64,000 nt of DNA from Blastocatellia bacterium (GCA_036277095.1 DASUNP010000096.1:46655-110654), one strand, 5' to 3'. Shown: positions 44,698 through 53,914, counted from the first letter of the stretch. A program made the numbers and translations. Notes: a model not told the origin generated them from the sequence alone.

Positions 44698-45408
44698 GTG
44701 CAGAAGATGGCGGATACCGATTCGTACTTGCTTGAGCGCCGACCGGGAGGCGAGATGAGGGACCGTGTCAAATGGGTTCTAGTCGGGATCGGTTCCACTT
44801 TCGGGCTCCACGTAATAATCTCGCTCATCTTCGCCGCCATCACTCAATCCGCAGCCAGCTCAACAATGTCTGTCATAGTATTCGGGATGGGACTGGGGGC
44901 ATTTCTCATCGGCGGATTTATCGTAGGCTGGATGAGTGAAGCGCTGCGCTTAATCGACGCGCTGGTCGTAGTAATCACGACGCTCGTGCTGACGACGATT
45001 GTTCTGCTCGTGCTGCCTGAAACGAGCAGAGATCAGTTTGTTACGGTTCTCCCGCTTGGCGACCTGACGGGCCATCCGGCTGAAAGCCTCATGTTCATCT
45101 CGCTGGCGGGCGTAGCGGCGGTTGCGGGAACCTACATAGGCTGGCATGTGACGGTCCCCCAGGAAGGCATTGTCGATCGCGTGGCGCTTGTCGTAGGACT
45201 TCTGGGGGCGATAGTCGGCCCTTTCTTATTGCTGGCCGTAGGCGGGCGCGAGCCGGGATCGAACCAGCCCGCGCTGCCTTGGTACTTCCTCGGAATCGTC
45301 CTCGTCCTGGTCTTAATAATTATGGGCGTCGGGTTCTTTATGTTCACGCGCGAGTCGCATCACGATGAAGAGATCTCGATCAGCCCCGAACACCACAAAG
45401 AGAATTGA
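44698..45408 (+). CDS. Integral membrane protein, unknown function
   Basis: 236 aa (GTG 44698 or ATG 44707). About six hydrophobic helices, with a C-terminal charged tail. Confidence 0.6.
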   Translation: MQKMADTDSYLLERRPGGEMRDRVKWVLVGIGSTFGLHVIISLIFAAITQSAASSTMSVIVFGMGLGAFLIGGFIVGWMSEALRLIDALVVVITTLVLTTIVLLVLPETSRDQFVTVLPLGDLTGHPAESLMFISLAGVAAVAGTYIGWHVTVPQEGIVDRVALVVGLLGAIVGPFLLLAVGGREPGSNQPALPWYFLGIVLVLVLIIMGVGFFMFTRESHHDEEISISPEHHKEN

Positions 45409-45449
45409 AATCTCAAATCTCAGATTTCAATTCCCAGATTTCAAATTCA
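45408..45449. repeat. Six tandem heptamers (aaatctc family) spanning the stops of two convergent genes
   Basis: aaatctc aaatctc agatttc aattccc agatttc aaattca. The plus-gene stop is at 45406-45408 and the minus-gene stop at 45427-45429. Confidence 0.7.
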
Positions 45450-47388
45450 CTTCTCGCAGGTCTTTCGCCACTTCGGCGGCCGTCTGGTAACGCTCCGCCG
45501 GGTTCTTCTTCAGTAATCTCTCTATTATCTTAATGAGCGAGTCGGGGGCGTCTTTGCGATGCTTCTTTACGGCGGACGGGCCGCGCTTGCTTATCGATTC
45601 GATCGTTTGGAAATATGTATCGCCTTCGAATGGGAGCCTGCCCGTAGTCACCTCATAAAGCACAACGCCGAGCGAGAAGAGGTCTGACAGGTGAGTGACC
45701 TCGCCGCGCCCCGTCGCCTGCTCGGGCGACATGTAGTTTACGGTCCCTAACAGCACACCTGATTCGGTCAAACGGCTTTTGCCCGACCCGCGCTCGGCGA
45801 GCGGCGAGGGCTTTGCAAGCCCGAAGTCGAGCACCTTCACTTTGCCACGGTCGGTAATCATTATGTTGGAAGACTTGATGTCGCGGTGGATCACCCCGCG
45901 CTCGTGGGCTTCAAACAGCGCTTCGGCGCTTTGAATGCCGATCTCTACGACCGAGATTAAATCTACGGGCCCGTAAGAGAGCCGGTCCGAAAGCGTCTCG
46001 CCTTCGACGTACTCCATAACAATGAAAGGATTGCCCGCCGCTTCGCCTATCTCATAAATGGTAGCGATATTCGGGTGGTTGAGTTGCGAAGCCATTCGCG
46101 CCTCTCTCAAGAAGCGCTGCTTCATCGTGTCGTCTTCTACATATTTTGAGGCCAGCACCTTTATCGCCACGGTGCGCTGAAGGTCCGTGTCGTATGCCTC
46201 GAATATCTCGCCCATGCCGCCCGCGCCGAGCGACCGCCGTATGTCGAACCTGCCTATGTGGCCTTCGGGTTCGATGAGCGGCGGCGCTATGACCTTCTCC
46301 GTCTGGCCGTCGTGCACGGCCATCACCGCGCGGTCCGTGTCGCGAAGCTCTGTGGTTATGACGCGCGGGCGCGAGATGACGGACGAAAAGAGTTTAGAGA
46401 ATAGTCGCGGCCCCCTGTCGTCTTCAATGAAATAGCCTGCGCGCTTGAGGTCCTGGTAAATGTGGTCCTGCTCTTTTTCGACTCGGCCATCCTCGTTGAA
46501 CGAGCGTATCGCGCGCCGCTGGCCTTCGCCCATGTGGTCCCAGATGAATCGGAACTGCCCCTTGGCTTCGTCCAGGAAAGTGGCTTCGACCTCTTCGCGA
46601 TCGAGCTTTCCTTCATTCTCCAACAGGTGATCGAAGTAGGCCGAGCAGGCTATTTGTAAAAAGTATGGGAAATACCCGGCGGTCTCCGTGATTCGCCGCG
46701 CGTAGCCTTCCAGCGACAGCCCCGCTTCCGCGGAAGGCTTGACGATCAAATCCATCGCCTCTTTGCGGGTGAAGGCTCGCAGAAAGACGTTCGTGAAGAT
46801 ATTGAAGAAGGGCGAGTCGGCTATCAACTGGGTGTGGCAAAGCTCCTGCAAATCCCTGGCCGAGCTTGTCACGTATGCTACATCGTAGTTGTTGGCGATT
46901 GACCGCAAGAAAGAGTAGAACTCAAGATCGAAGGCGCGGTTCGTCGTGATCGCGTCGAACTCGTCGAACAGCACTATCAGCTTGCGCGACTCGCGGCGAA
47001 AATTCTCAAGCACGTTTCGAACTGAATCGAACGTGGGGTCTAAACTGTTCAGGGAATCGTCGCCGATCTCTTTTGCGAGCAAAGCGAAAAGCTCTTTAAA
47101 AAACTCCGTGAGCGTAAGCCGCCGTTTTTGCTGAAGATCTATAAATGCGAAAGCGTAAGACGCGGGGCGGTCGAGAAAGCGTGCGCGGACCTCCGGGTGG
47201 TCGATGTAGTAAAGCAACGACGATTTGCCGATGCGCCGCTCGCCGACCACGGATATCGATTGCGGCCGCGACGCCCCTATGCGCGAGAATATTTTTGATA
47301 CTTCGCGCGTGCGCCCGAAAAACTGTTTCGGGTCTTTGATCGCGACCCGGTTCAGATACGGGTTGCGGACGTGATCGATTGCTGACAT
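45427..47388 (-). CDS. P-loop NTPase (STAND/ORC-like AAA) fused to a C-terminal Hanks-type Ser/Thr protein kinase
   Basis: 653 aa. Walker A VVGERRIGKSSLLYYI and Walker B LIVLFDEFD. Kinase motifs GAGGMGEIF, VAIKVL, HRDIKSSNIM, DFGLAK, GTVNYMSPEQ. Confidence 0.85.
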   Translation of the reverse strand: MSAIDHVRNPYLNRVAIKDPKQFFGRTREVSKIFSRIGASRPQSISVVGERRIGKSSLLYYIDHPEVRARFLDRPASYAFAFIDLQQKRRLTLTEFFKELFALLAKEIGDDSLNSLDPTFDSVRNVLENFRRESRKLIVLFDEFDAITTNRAFDLEFYSFLRSIANNYDVAYVTSSARDLQELCHTQLIADSPFFNIFTNVFLRAFTRKEAMDLIVKPSAEAGLSLEGYARRITETAGYFPYFLQIACSAYFDHLLENEGKLDREEVEATFLDEAKGQFRFIWDHMGEGQRRAIRSFNEDGRVEKEQDHIYQDLKRAGYFIEDDRGPRLFSKLFSSVISRPRVITTELRDTDRAVMAVHDGQTEKVIAPPLIEPEGHIGRFDIRRSLGAGGMGEIFEAYDTDLQRTVAIKVLASKYVEDDTMKQRFLREARMASQLNHPNIATIYEIGEAAGNPFIVMEYVEGETLSDRLSYGPVDLISVVEIGIQSAEALFEAHERGVIHRDIKSSNIMITDRGKVKVLDFGLAKPSPLAERGSGKSRLTESGVLLGTVNYMSPEQATGRGEVTHLSDLFSLGVVLYEVTTGRLPFEGDTYFQTIESISKRGPSAVKKHRKDAPDSLIKIIERLLKKNPAERYQTAAEVAKDLREVNLKSGN

Positions 47389-47401
47389 ATCAACTTTGAT
47401 T

Positions 47402-50400
47402 CTAAAGCGTTCTCACCTCTTTAACCACCTGCCAGATAGAGTGAGAGCGGCGAATCCACAAGCGTAGCAGGTCTATCTTAAACCTAAACCCATCGGACGA
47501 ATCCTTGTCTAAAAGCTCGCGGCGGAACATCTCTTCCAGGGTCAATCGAATGGAGTTCTCCGACAGATGCACAGGGTAATCATTGGCCTTCACCGAAGTG
47601 CGCAGCTCGCGGGCCGTGGCAAAAGCATTTCCGTCCGGGAGAATGTCGGCCAAAAGCGACAGCGAGAGCTTCTCGTCGTCCGACAACACGTCCCAGGTGT
47701 AGATCATTTGCGGCAACGGGTTGTCAACAACGTCGGCGATGACATCGCCAAGCTCGGCGACCGTGACCCAGTTTTGCTCGTGCTCGTTCATGTAATCGAC
47801 CAGATTCTGGCAGATGACCTGCGTGTAGAAGGGTTGGCCCGCCGTCAAACGGCAGACCGCTTCTATCACGCCGCGCCCGTAGACTACGCGCCCCTCCACG
47901 GGTTCGGTGATCAAACGATATGCGTCTTTATCCGACAGAAAGCCGACCTTGCGAAAGAGCGACCGTCGCAACAGCTCGCGCCAGTATTTCTTGTCGCGCT
48001 CTTCCAAGCGGCGCGAGCCAGTGAAGATCAGCGCCAGCCGCTCCTTGTTGTCCATCAGCCCGGCCAGGAACGTGAACAACTCGGGCGAGAGCTTCCCCTC
48101 GTCGACCTTCCCTTCCATCAGCTCGTACTCATCCATCAAAATCAACAGCGTGCGGTCGCCGATCGCCGCCATAACCTCATCCAGGAAATCCAGAAAGATG
48201 GGATAAGGGTTGCGACCGTCGAACTGAGGCAGGCTCAATTCAACCCGCGCCGCCCCCGTCGCAACTCCAGCAGCGCCCGGCGTATGAGCGTGCGCAGCCT
48301 GGCTGCTTTTTGCTACGCCCGCGCGCGCGACGGCTTCGGCTATCAGGCGAGATATGCGCGCGAAGAATTCCGAGTCCGATGCGATGACCATCTCCTGCAT
48401 ATCGACGAAGACTGGGATGAAGCGATCGCCCAGCCGGCCGTTAAGCACCTGGTAGAGAATCGAGCTTTTGCCCACTCGCCGGTCGCCGCAAAATACTATG
48501 ACAACGCCCTGGCTCACGCCTTCGAGCTTTGTGCGGACGTAGCGAAAATCGTCTTCGCGCCCGTAAAACATCTGCTCTGTGCGAATGGGGTTTCCGACTA
48601 TGTAAGGGTTAGGCTCTATCGGGACGTAGTTGCGCAGCTCTTTCGGCAGCACGTATTCGCGGTCGCGCGCTCTGCGCGCAGCGATCATGAGGCCGACCGT
48701 CAGCCCGATGAGCGCGATTGCGAGCGCATGAAACCACCAGCGTTTCCAAAAAGGCGAGCCGACTCGGAGTGCGAGCGCGGCTGCGGGCGCTTCGATGCCG
48801 TAAAGGTCGCGGTTGAGCGCGATGATCTCAAACCGGTGCGTCCCTTCGCTCAAATCGAGCAGCGAGACTTCGCGCTCGGCTACGGGCTGGACCGGCAGCA
48901 GTTGCCAGCGGGCGTCCGCTCCATCCGACAAGAGGCGATAAAGATAGATGACCTGCCCGCTCAAGGTCACGGCAGTGAAGCGGAAAGACAGGCGGTGGCG
49001 GCCATAAGATAGCTCGTGCGTCTCCGAAGCCGGAACCGAAGCTTGCCCGTCTACCTGTAACGAAGCTTCCACGACAGGAGCCGCACGCACAGGCACGTGA
49101 CGCACAGCGCCTTTGTCTGTCGCAATCCAGATTCGCCCTTCACCATCTTCGGATATAGAGTTGACGCGGCTGGCAGTGAGAGCCTGGGCTTCGCCCGAAT
49201 AGACGGCTGAGAGGATGTGGCCGCCGAATAGAACAAACTTCTTGGCCCGCCCGTCGTCGGTCCCCGCCCAAAGATAACGGCCCGCGCGGTCGACGTAGAG
49301 CGTGCTCGTAGGCTCGCCGTCGAAGGTCGTGAACTTTGACGCGGCAGGCGTAGCCTCGACGTAGACCTGTATTCCCGCGCGCGTAGCGACGAGCAGTTTA
49401 TCGTCATACCGCGTGATCCAGCGCGCGTCATTATCGGCAAGCCCCCGCGCGCTATCGATGAGATCGGCCCCGCCCGACTGCGGATCGAATGCTACTATCC
49501 CGCGCGAGGTGGCAAACCACAACCGCCCGTCTCGGTCTTCGAACGCGTGGCGCACGTCATAGCCGGAAAGCTGCTCAAGACTTATCATGCGGTCGTCTTT
49601 GTAAATGTCTACGCCCCTGGCGGACGCAAAAAGCACTGCCGAATTGTTAGCGATGCTCGCGACCCAGTGAACGTTTTTCGACGACAGCCCGTTGCCTTCG
49701 TTGAACTGAGTCAGGGTCTGGCCGCTCAAGCGGAGCACGCCCTGGTCTGTCGCAAACCACGCCGCGCCCGTCCGGTCAAAAGCGACGGCTCTGCCGCCAA
49801 TGCTTGCGCGAAAGCGCTCGACCGGCACGAACCGCTCGTCGACCATTCGCGACACGCCCGCAGCCGTGACAAACCAGAGGCGACCCGAAGCGACGGCGCC
49901 CGCAGGGGCAGGCTCTTCGACTACCATGCGCACGTCGTTATCCGAAAGGCCACGGCTCGTGCTGAAATTGACGAAGCTGTAGAAGTCCGCCCGCACCGCG
50001 CCGTTGTCGGTCGCGCACCACGTGATGCCCTCGCGGCTTGTGAAGATCGCGGCTACGCGGTCGCGCTCGACCGATGCGATTCTCTGGGATTCGCTCCTCG
50101 CAGGGTCGTAAAGCAACGCGCCGCCCGTAGCAATCGCAAGCCATATGCGACCACTCCGGTCCTGGCTTATCGTGCGAACGGTGGAAGGCGCAGCCGCTCT
50201 AGTCGAATCCGCGCGAGCCGTCGCAATCGGCGACGGGATGTTTACGCGGGTGCCGTCGAAGAAAAAAGCGCCTTTCGCGGTCGCGAGCCAGATTGTCCCG
50301 CCCCAATCTACGAAGACGGATTGGGCGTCAGTAAGGTCGATTGCGCGATTGGCTTGCTCAAGCGGAGTCGCCGTCTGGCCGTCTATCGTGGCAAACCCGC

Positions 50401-51502
50401 TTGAAGTCGCAACCCAAATCTTTCCGCTCTTGTCTTCGGCCAGCGCCCTGGCGTCGTTTGACTGAAGGCCGCGAGATTGGTCGAACAAAACGAACTCTCC
50501 GCCGTCAAACTTGAAGACGCCCGACGAGGTCGCCACCCACACGTCGCCGCGCGAGTCTGTAATGACGCTGCGCGCGTCGCGGCCGCTGAGCGCGGTCCCC
50601 TGGTCCGCCCCATCTTTTGCGATTCGGCGGATGCCGCGCGGCGTAGCCAGCCATATCACACCGGTCCGGTCTTCGGCGATGGAGCGCACGTCTTCGCCAG
50701 CGAGCTGCTCGTAGGCCGACCCCGCCACAGCCGACGAGCGGAACTCCGAGCCGTTGTAACGCGCAATACCTTTATCCGTGCCGAACCACATCCAGCCCGC
50801 GCTGTCTTGAAAAACTGCCTGCACATTCTTTGAAGGCAGGTTAGGGACGCTCACGCGCACGACGGCCTTTTCGTTGATGGGGATCGTGGGCGCGACCAGA
50901 AGCTGTAAGGGGAACTCTGTCGTGATGCCCGATGAGATGAATACTTCGTTGCGGTACTCGTCATACCCGCGCAGCACCGCCGTCAACTGGTAAGAGCCCG
51001 GCGCGAGACGGCCGAAATACGCGTCGCCACTCTCGTCTGTAGTCGTCCGCGCGGGCGGGCGATCCTGGCTCGAGAGAGTTACGGCGACGCCTCCGAGCGG
51101 CTGGTTCCCCGCGTCAAGCACGGCCACGTGCAGAGACGACGGTGTCAGCTTTATTAAAGGATCGGGCGTTTCATCGACACGGGTTATGGTTAGGCTAAGT
51201 CTCTCTTTGCGAAAACGGGTTGCCTCGGCGGTTATAGTGTACTGGCGCGGCGCAAGGTTTCGGAACTCGAACTTCCCGTCGGCGCTCGTGAGCGTCGATT
51301 GCGAGAATCCTTCAGACGTTATAGTGACTTTGACATCGGCCACGGGCAGTCCTCTGTCGTCCTGCACCGTGCCAGTGATAGTAGCGCCTTCGACCTGGGC
51401 CGCCGTTCTTTGCAAAAACGTCTGCCCGGTCGCGATAAGAAGCGACAGGATCAAGGCTGCGCCAGCGGCTCGGAAGCGATCTCTTGAGATGCGTGTAGAC
51501 AC
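47402..51502 (-). CDS. Exported 2x CarboxypepD_reg + double beta-propeller (Reg_prop repeats) + Y_Y_Y sensor, one TM helix, cytoplasmic STAND/ORC-like P-loop NTPase
   Basis: 1366 aa with signal peptide. Repeated D..G.iW.AT..G blades (DRTGVIWLATPRGI, DSRGDVWVATSSGV, DKSGKIWVATSSGF, DGEGRIWIATDKGA...). Y_Y_Y-like VIYLYRLLSDGADARWQ. TM helix WWFHALAIALIGLTVGLMIAA. Walker A FCGDRRVGKSSILYQV and Walker B LLILMDEYE. Confidence 0.85.
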   Translation of the reverse strand: MSTRISRDRFRAAGAALILSLLIATGQTFLQRTAAQVEGATITGTVQDDRGLPVADVKVTITSEGFSQSTLTSADGKFEFRNLAPRQYTITAEATRFRKERLSLTITRVDETPDPLIKLTPSSLHVAVLDAGNQPLGGVAVTLSSQDRPPARTTTDESGDAYFGRLAPGSYQLTAVLRGYDEYRNEVFISSGITTEFPLQLLVAPTIPINEKAVVRVSVPNLPSKNVQAVFQDSAGWMWFGTDKGIARYNGSEFRSSAVAGSAYEQLAGEDVRSIAEDRTGVIWLATPRGIRRIAKDGADQGTALSGRDARSVITDSRGDVWVATSSGVFKFDGGEFVLFDQSRGLQSNDARALAEDKSGKIWVATSSGFATIDGQTATPLEQANRAIDLTDAQSVFVDWGGTIWLATAKGAFFFDGTRVNIPSPIATARADSTRAAAPSTVRTISQDRSGRIWLAIATGGALLYDPARSESQRIASVERDRVAAIFTSREGITWCATDNGAVRADFYSFVNFSTSRGLSDNDVRMVVEEPAPAGAVASGRLWFVTAAGVSRMVDERFVPVERFRASIGGRAVAFDRTGAAWFATDQGVLRLSGQTLTQFNEGNGLSSKNVHWVASIANNSAVLFASARGVDIYKDDRMISLEQLSGYDVRHAFEDRDGRLWFATSRGIVAFDPQSGGADLIDSARGLADNDARWITRYDDKLLVATRAGIQVYVEATPAASKFTTFDGEPTSTLYVDRAGRYLWAGTDDGRAKKFVLFGGHILSAVYSGEAQALTASRVNSISEDGEGRIWIATDKGAVRHVPVRAAPVVEASLQVDGQASVPASETHELSYGRHRLSFRFTAVTLSGQVIYLYRLLSDGADARWQLLPVQPVAEREVSLLDLSEGTHRFEIIALNRDLYGIEAPAAALALRVGSPFWKRWWFHALAIALIGLTVGLMIAARRARDREYVLPKELRNYVPIEPNPYIVGNPIRTEQMFYGREDDFRYVRTKLEGVSQGVVIVFCGDRRVGKSSILYQVLNGRLGDRFIPVFVDMQEMVIASDSEFFARISRLIAEAVARAGVAKSSQAAHAHTPGAAGVATGAARVELSLPQFDGRNPYPIFLDFLDEVMAAIGDRTLLILMDEYELMEGKVDEGKLSPELFTFLAGLMDNKERLALIFTGSRRLEERDKKYWRELLRRSLFRKVGFLSDKDAYRLITEPVEGRVVYGRGVIEAVCRLTAGQPFYTQVICQNLVDYMNEHEQNWVTVAELGDVIADVVDNPLPQMIYTWDVLSDDEKLSLSLLADILPDGNAFATARELRTSVKANDYPVHLSENSIRLTLEEMFRRELLDKDSSDGFRFKIDLLRLWIRRSHSIWQVVKEVRTL

Positions 51503-51550
51503 TTGCTTGCGATAGATATCGAGTATACACGGGCGGGTTGCGGGGCGGCA

Positions 51551-51641
51551 ATTCTAAGTGCTGAGTGCTGAGTCCTGAGTCCTGAGTGAGAAAACAGAAC
51601 CGTGCGCTTATAGTTTTACTCAGCACTCAGCACTTAGAATT
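51551..51641. repeat. Hairpin of the ctgagtg/ctgagtc heptamer family, 24-bp perfect stem
   Basis: aattctaagtgctgagtgctgagt (51551-51574) pairs with actcagcactcagcacttagaatt (51618-51641). The loop holds further heptamers cctgagt cctgagt gag. Confidence 0.8.
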
Positions 51642-51678
51642 CGTCTCCGCCCCAAGCGAGGGGCGCTCCTTCGATCCG

Positions 51679-53631
51679 TTAGCTGCCTTCGATGTAAGGG
51701 CGCGACTGGACTATGTAAAGCTGGCCGCGCGCGTAGAGCCATTCGATGTCCTGGTCGCGGCCTGCGAACAATCGCTTAATCTGGTAAGCGGCGCGCGCAA
51801 GCCGCCGCACCATCGGGTCCGTCAGAACCGCGCGGCTCTCGTCGATCTTGACCTCGCGAACGCCTCCGCTCTCATCAAACTTGAGCATAGTGTCTTCATC
51901 CGACCGCGTTAAAACCTGTATCGCGTTTGAGCGAGGGCTGTAGATTAACTGCTCGGGCACGCGACGCCCCTCGACCACTTTGATACCGAGCCCGCGCTTT
52001 GCGTTGACATAGACGGCCCCCCTGTTAGCCCGGTTGAACGGGTCTGTCGTAATTGCGACGCCCGCGCTTTCGGCGTCTATCCCCCTTTGAACCAGCACCG
52101 CAGGATATACGCCGAAATGGTTCATGCCGAAACTTTCGCGCGCCTCGTAAGCTTCGTAATTCCACACCGAAGCCCAGACGGTCTTGATTGCTTCCATCAA
52201 CTGGTCGTCCGCGCGAACGTTCGGAACGGTCGTGTAGAGGCCGGCCCCGCTGAAGTTCGGCAGGTCTTCGGCGTTCGTTGAACTTCGCGCGAAAAGCCCA
52301 ACGCCCCGATACTCGCGACGGACTTTGTCAACCACTGCCGCGCGAAAATCCGCGTCGTGCCGACCCTCTTGAATCCACCGGCGAATCTCCGCCAGCCGCG
52401 CTTTCCTGTAGACGGGGTCGTGTACGAAGCGATCCTCTTCGACCGCCGAGGCGATGCGCTCTTCCAGACCGTTCGAGCGAATGAACTCCTGATAATAATG
52501 GAAAGGAATCGTGAAACCCGAAGGCACGACTACGCCGGGCAGGCGCGCGTTAAGGATCTCTCCGAGGTTAGCGGACTTTGCGCCGAACCGCCGCGCGTCG
52601 CGCGCCCGCTGATCTTTGAGGTCCGCAAGCCCGTCGTAAACGAGATCGGCTTTGGGCGTGATCATGTCGGCGCGCTTCATCCATTGGCGCTGGCGCGCTT
52701 CGACCTCGCGCACGTCGGCGGGCGCAAGGCGGTACTGGCTTTCGCCGACTTCGAGCCGCACGTATTTGCCTTCGAGCTCTTTGAAAAGGCGGTCCGCGTT
52801 TTTGATGTGGGCGTTCGGTATAGACCATGACTTCGCCAGGAGGTTTGCGTGCGAGAGCGGCGAAGCGGGCTCGGTAGTGATTATGCCCGATAGCGGAGTC
52901 AGTTGTACCGGCACCTCTTTGAATATGATTATCTGATTACGGTCTATGACGATTTCGGGAGTCATTCGATCGATGATGCGGAGCTGGCCGATGCCTGCTC
53001 CGAGGTTGAGCGGCTGATACTTCTGATCGCGCGCAAGCTCGCTTGAGGTCAGGACGGAAAACGGGCGGGCCGACCCGGCCGCTTCTTGCGCAAGCTCGCT
53101 CGCGGCCTCTTCTTGAACGAGCGAATTGGGCTTGAACGAGAGGGGCGCAAAGAAGCTCTCGGCCAAAGCGGCGTGAGCTTCCCGAAGCAAATCTCGCGTG
53201 AGCCGGTCGCCCTCCCAGAACTCGAAGGTGAAGCGGTCGAGCGCGCTCTGGTAGGCGACGGTGCCGAGGAAGAACCGGCGGTCAGCCCTCAAATAATTGT
53301 TCTCATAAAATGCGCGCCCGCGTTCGAGCGAAAGGTAGGTCGAGTTGACAAAGTCTTTGTGAAACTGAAACCGCTTAGAGTCGACGTAATAGACTCGCGC
53401 GACCGCCGGGCCGCGCACCGCTCGGCGGTCGATGACAAACATTAGGTGCGGGAGCGCGTAAAACCGCCCGCGAAAATAGACACGGGCCAGGCGGTCGAAC
53501 TCGGCCCTCGTATTGATTCGCGCAAGCGAGTGTTTCTCAATCTTGCCGCTCACTTGTGCTAATGCCCAGGGGGCGGGAGGCGCGATTGCGATGCAGATTA
53601 ACAGTATCAGGATTGCTCGGTATTGTTTCAT
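51679..53631 (-). CDS. Signal-peptide-bearing dikinase-like protein: unknown N-domain + PEP-utilizer phosphohistidine (swivel) domain + C-terminal PPDK_N ATP-grasp domain
   Basis: Start at MKQYRAILILLICIAIAPPAPWALAQ (53631). Swivel IIIFKEVPVQLTPLSGIITTEPASPLSHANLLAKSWSIPNA. ATP-grasp FGAKSANLGEI..VVPSGFTIP, ARSSTNAEDLPNFSGAGLY, GLGIKVVEG, DQDIEWLYARGQLYIVQSRP. Confidence 0.75.
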   Translation of the reverse strand: MKQYRAILILLICIAIAPPAPWALAQVSGKIEKHSLARINTRAEFDRLARVYFRGRFYALPHLMFVIDRRAVRGPAVARVYYVDSKRFQFHKDFVNSTYLSLERGRAFYENNYLRADRRFFLGTVAYQSALDRFTFEFWEGDRLTRDLLREAHAALAESFFAPLSFKPNSLVQEEAASELAQEAAGSARPFSVLTSSELARDQKYQPLNLGAGIGQLRIIDRMTPEIVIDRNQIIIFKEVPVQLTPLSGIITTEPASPLSHANLLAKSWSIPNAHIKNADRLFKELEGKYVRLEVGESQYRLAPADVREVEARQRQWMKRADMITPKADLVYDGLADLKDQRARDARRFGAKSANLGEILNARLPGVVVPSGFTIPFHYYQEFIRSNGLEERIASAVEEDRFVHDPVYRKARLAEIRRWIQEGRHDADFRAAVVDKVRREYRGVGLFARSSTNAEDLPNFSGAGLYTTVPNVRADDQLMEAIKTVWASVWNYEAYEARESFGMNHFGVYPAVLVQRGIDAESAGVAITTDPFNRANRGAVYVNAKRGLGIKVVEGRRVPEQLIYSPRSNAIQVLTRSDEDTMLKFDESGGVREVKIDESRAVLTDPMVRRLARAAYQIKRLFAGRDQDIEWLYARGQLYIVQSRPYIEGS

Positions 53632-53835
53632 ACACCTATCCGGTTTCGGCTCGTCCAAATACTTATTGCAGTTCCGACAGCGCTATTGATTTTGCACCAA
53701 GACGGCTCGGCGCGCCACACCGGAAATGCGGATTGTTGAAGTTGAAAAGAGCGCGGCTTCGAGGGTATGATCGGGATGCATCCACAATCGGACCCGCATG
53801 GTTATAAAGCCTTCCCGCCAGGGACGGCTACTTGG

Positions 53836-53880
53836 AGGCCCGGACGGCCAGGGACACCGTCCGGGCCTTGAACTTTTATC
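53836..53880 (+). terminator. Orphan plus-strand intrinsic-terminator-like hairpin
   Basis: AGGCCCGGACGG-ccagggaca-CCGTCCGGGCCT, then tgaacTTTTATc. No annotated plus-strand gene lies upstream of it. Confidence 0.4.
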
Positions 53881-53914
53881 GCCAATCGTAAGAATAATGC
53901 AAATTGAGACATAA

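Noticed and set aside
47567-49012. 481-aa plus-strand ORF, plus 49547..50404 (285 aa)
   Set aside because: Both are antisense to the 1366-aa sensor gene. Their Arg-rich composition has no domain signatures.
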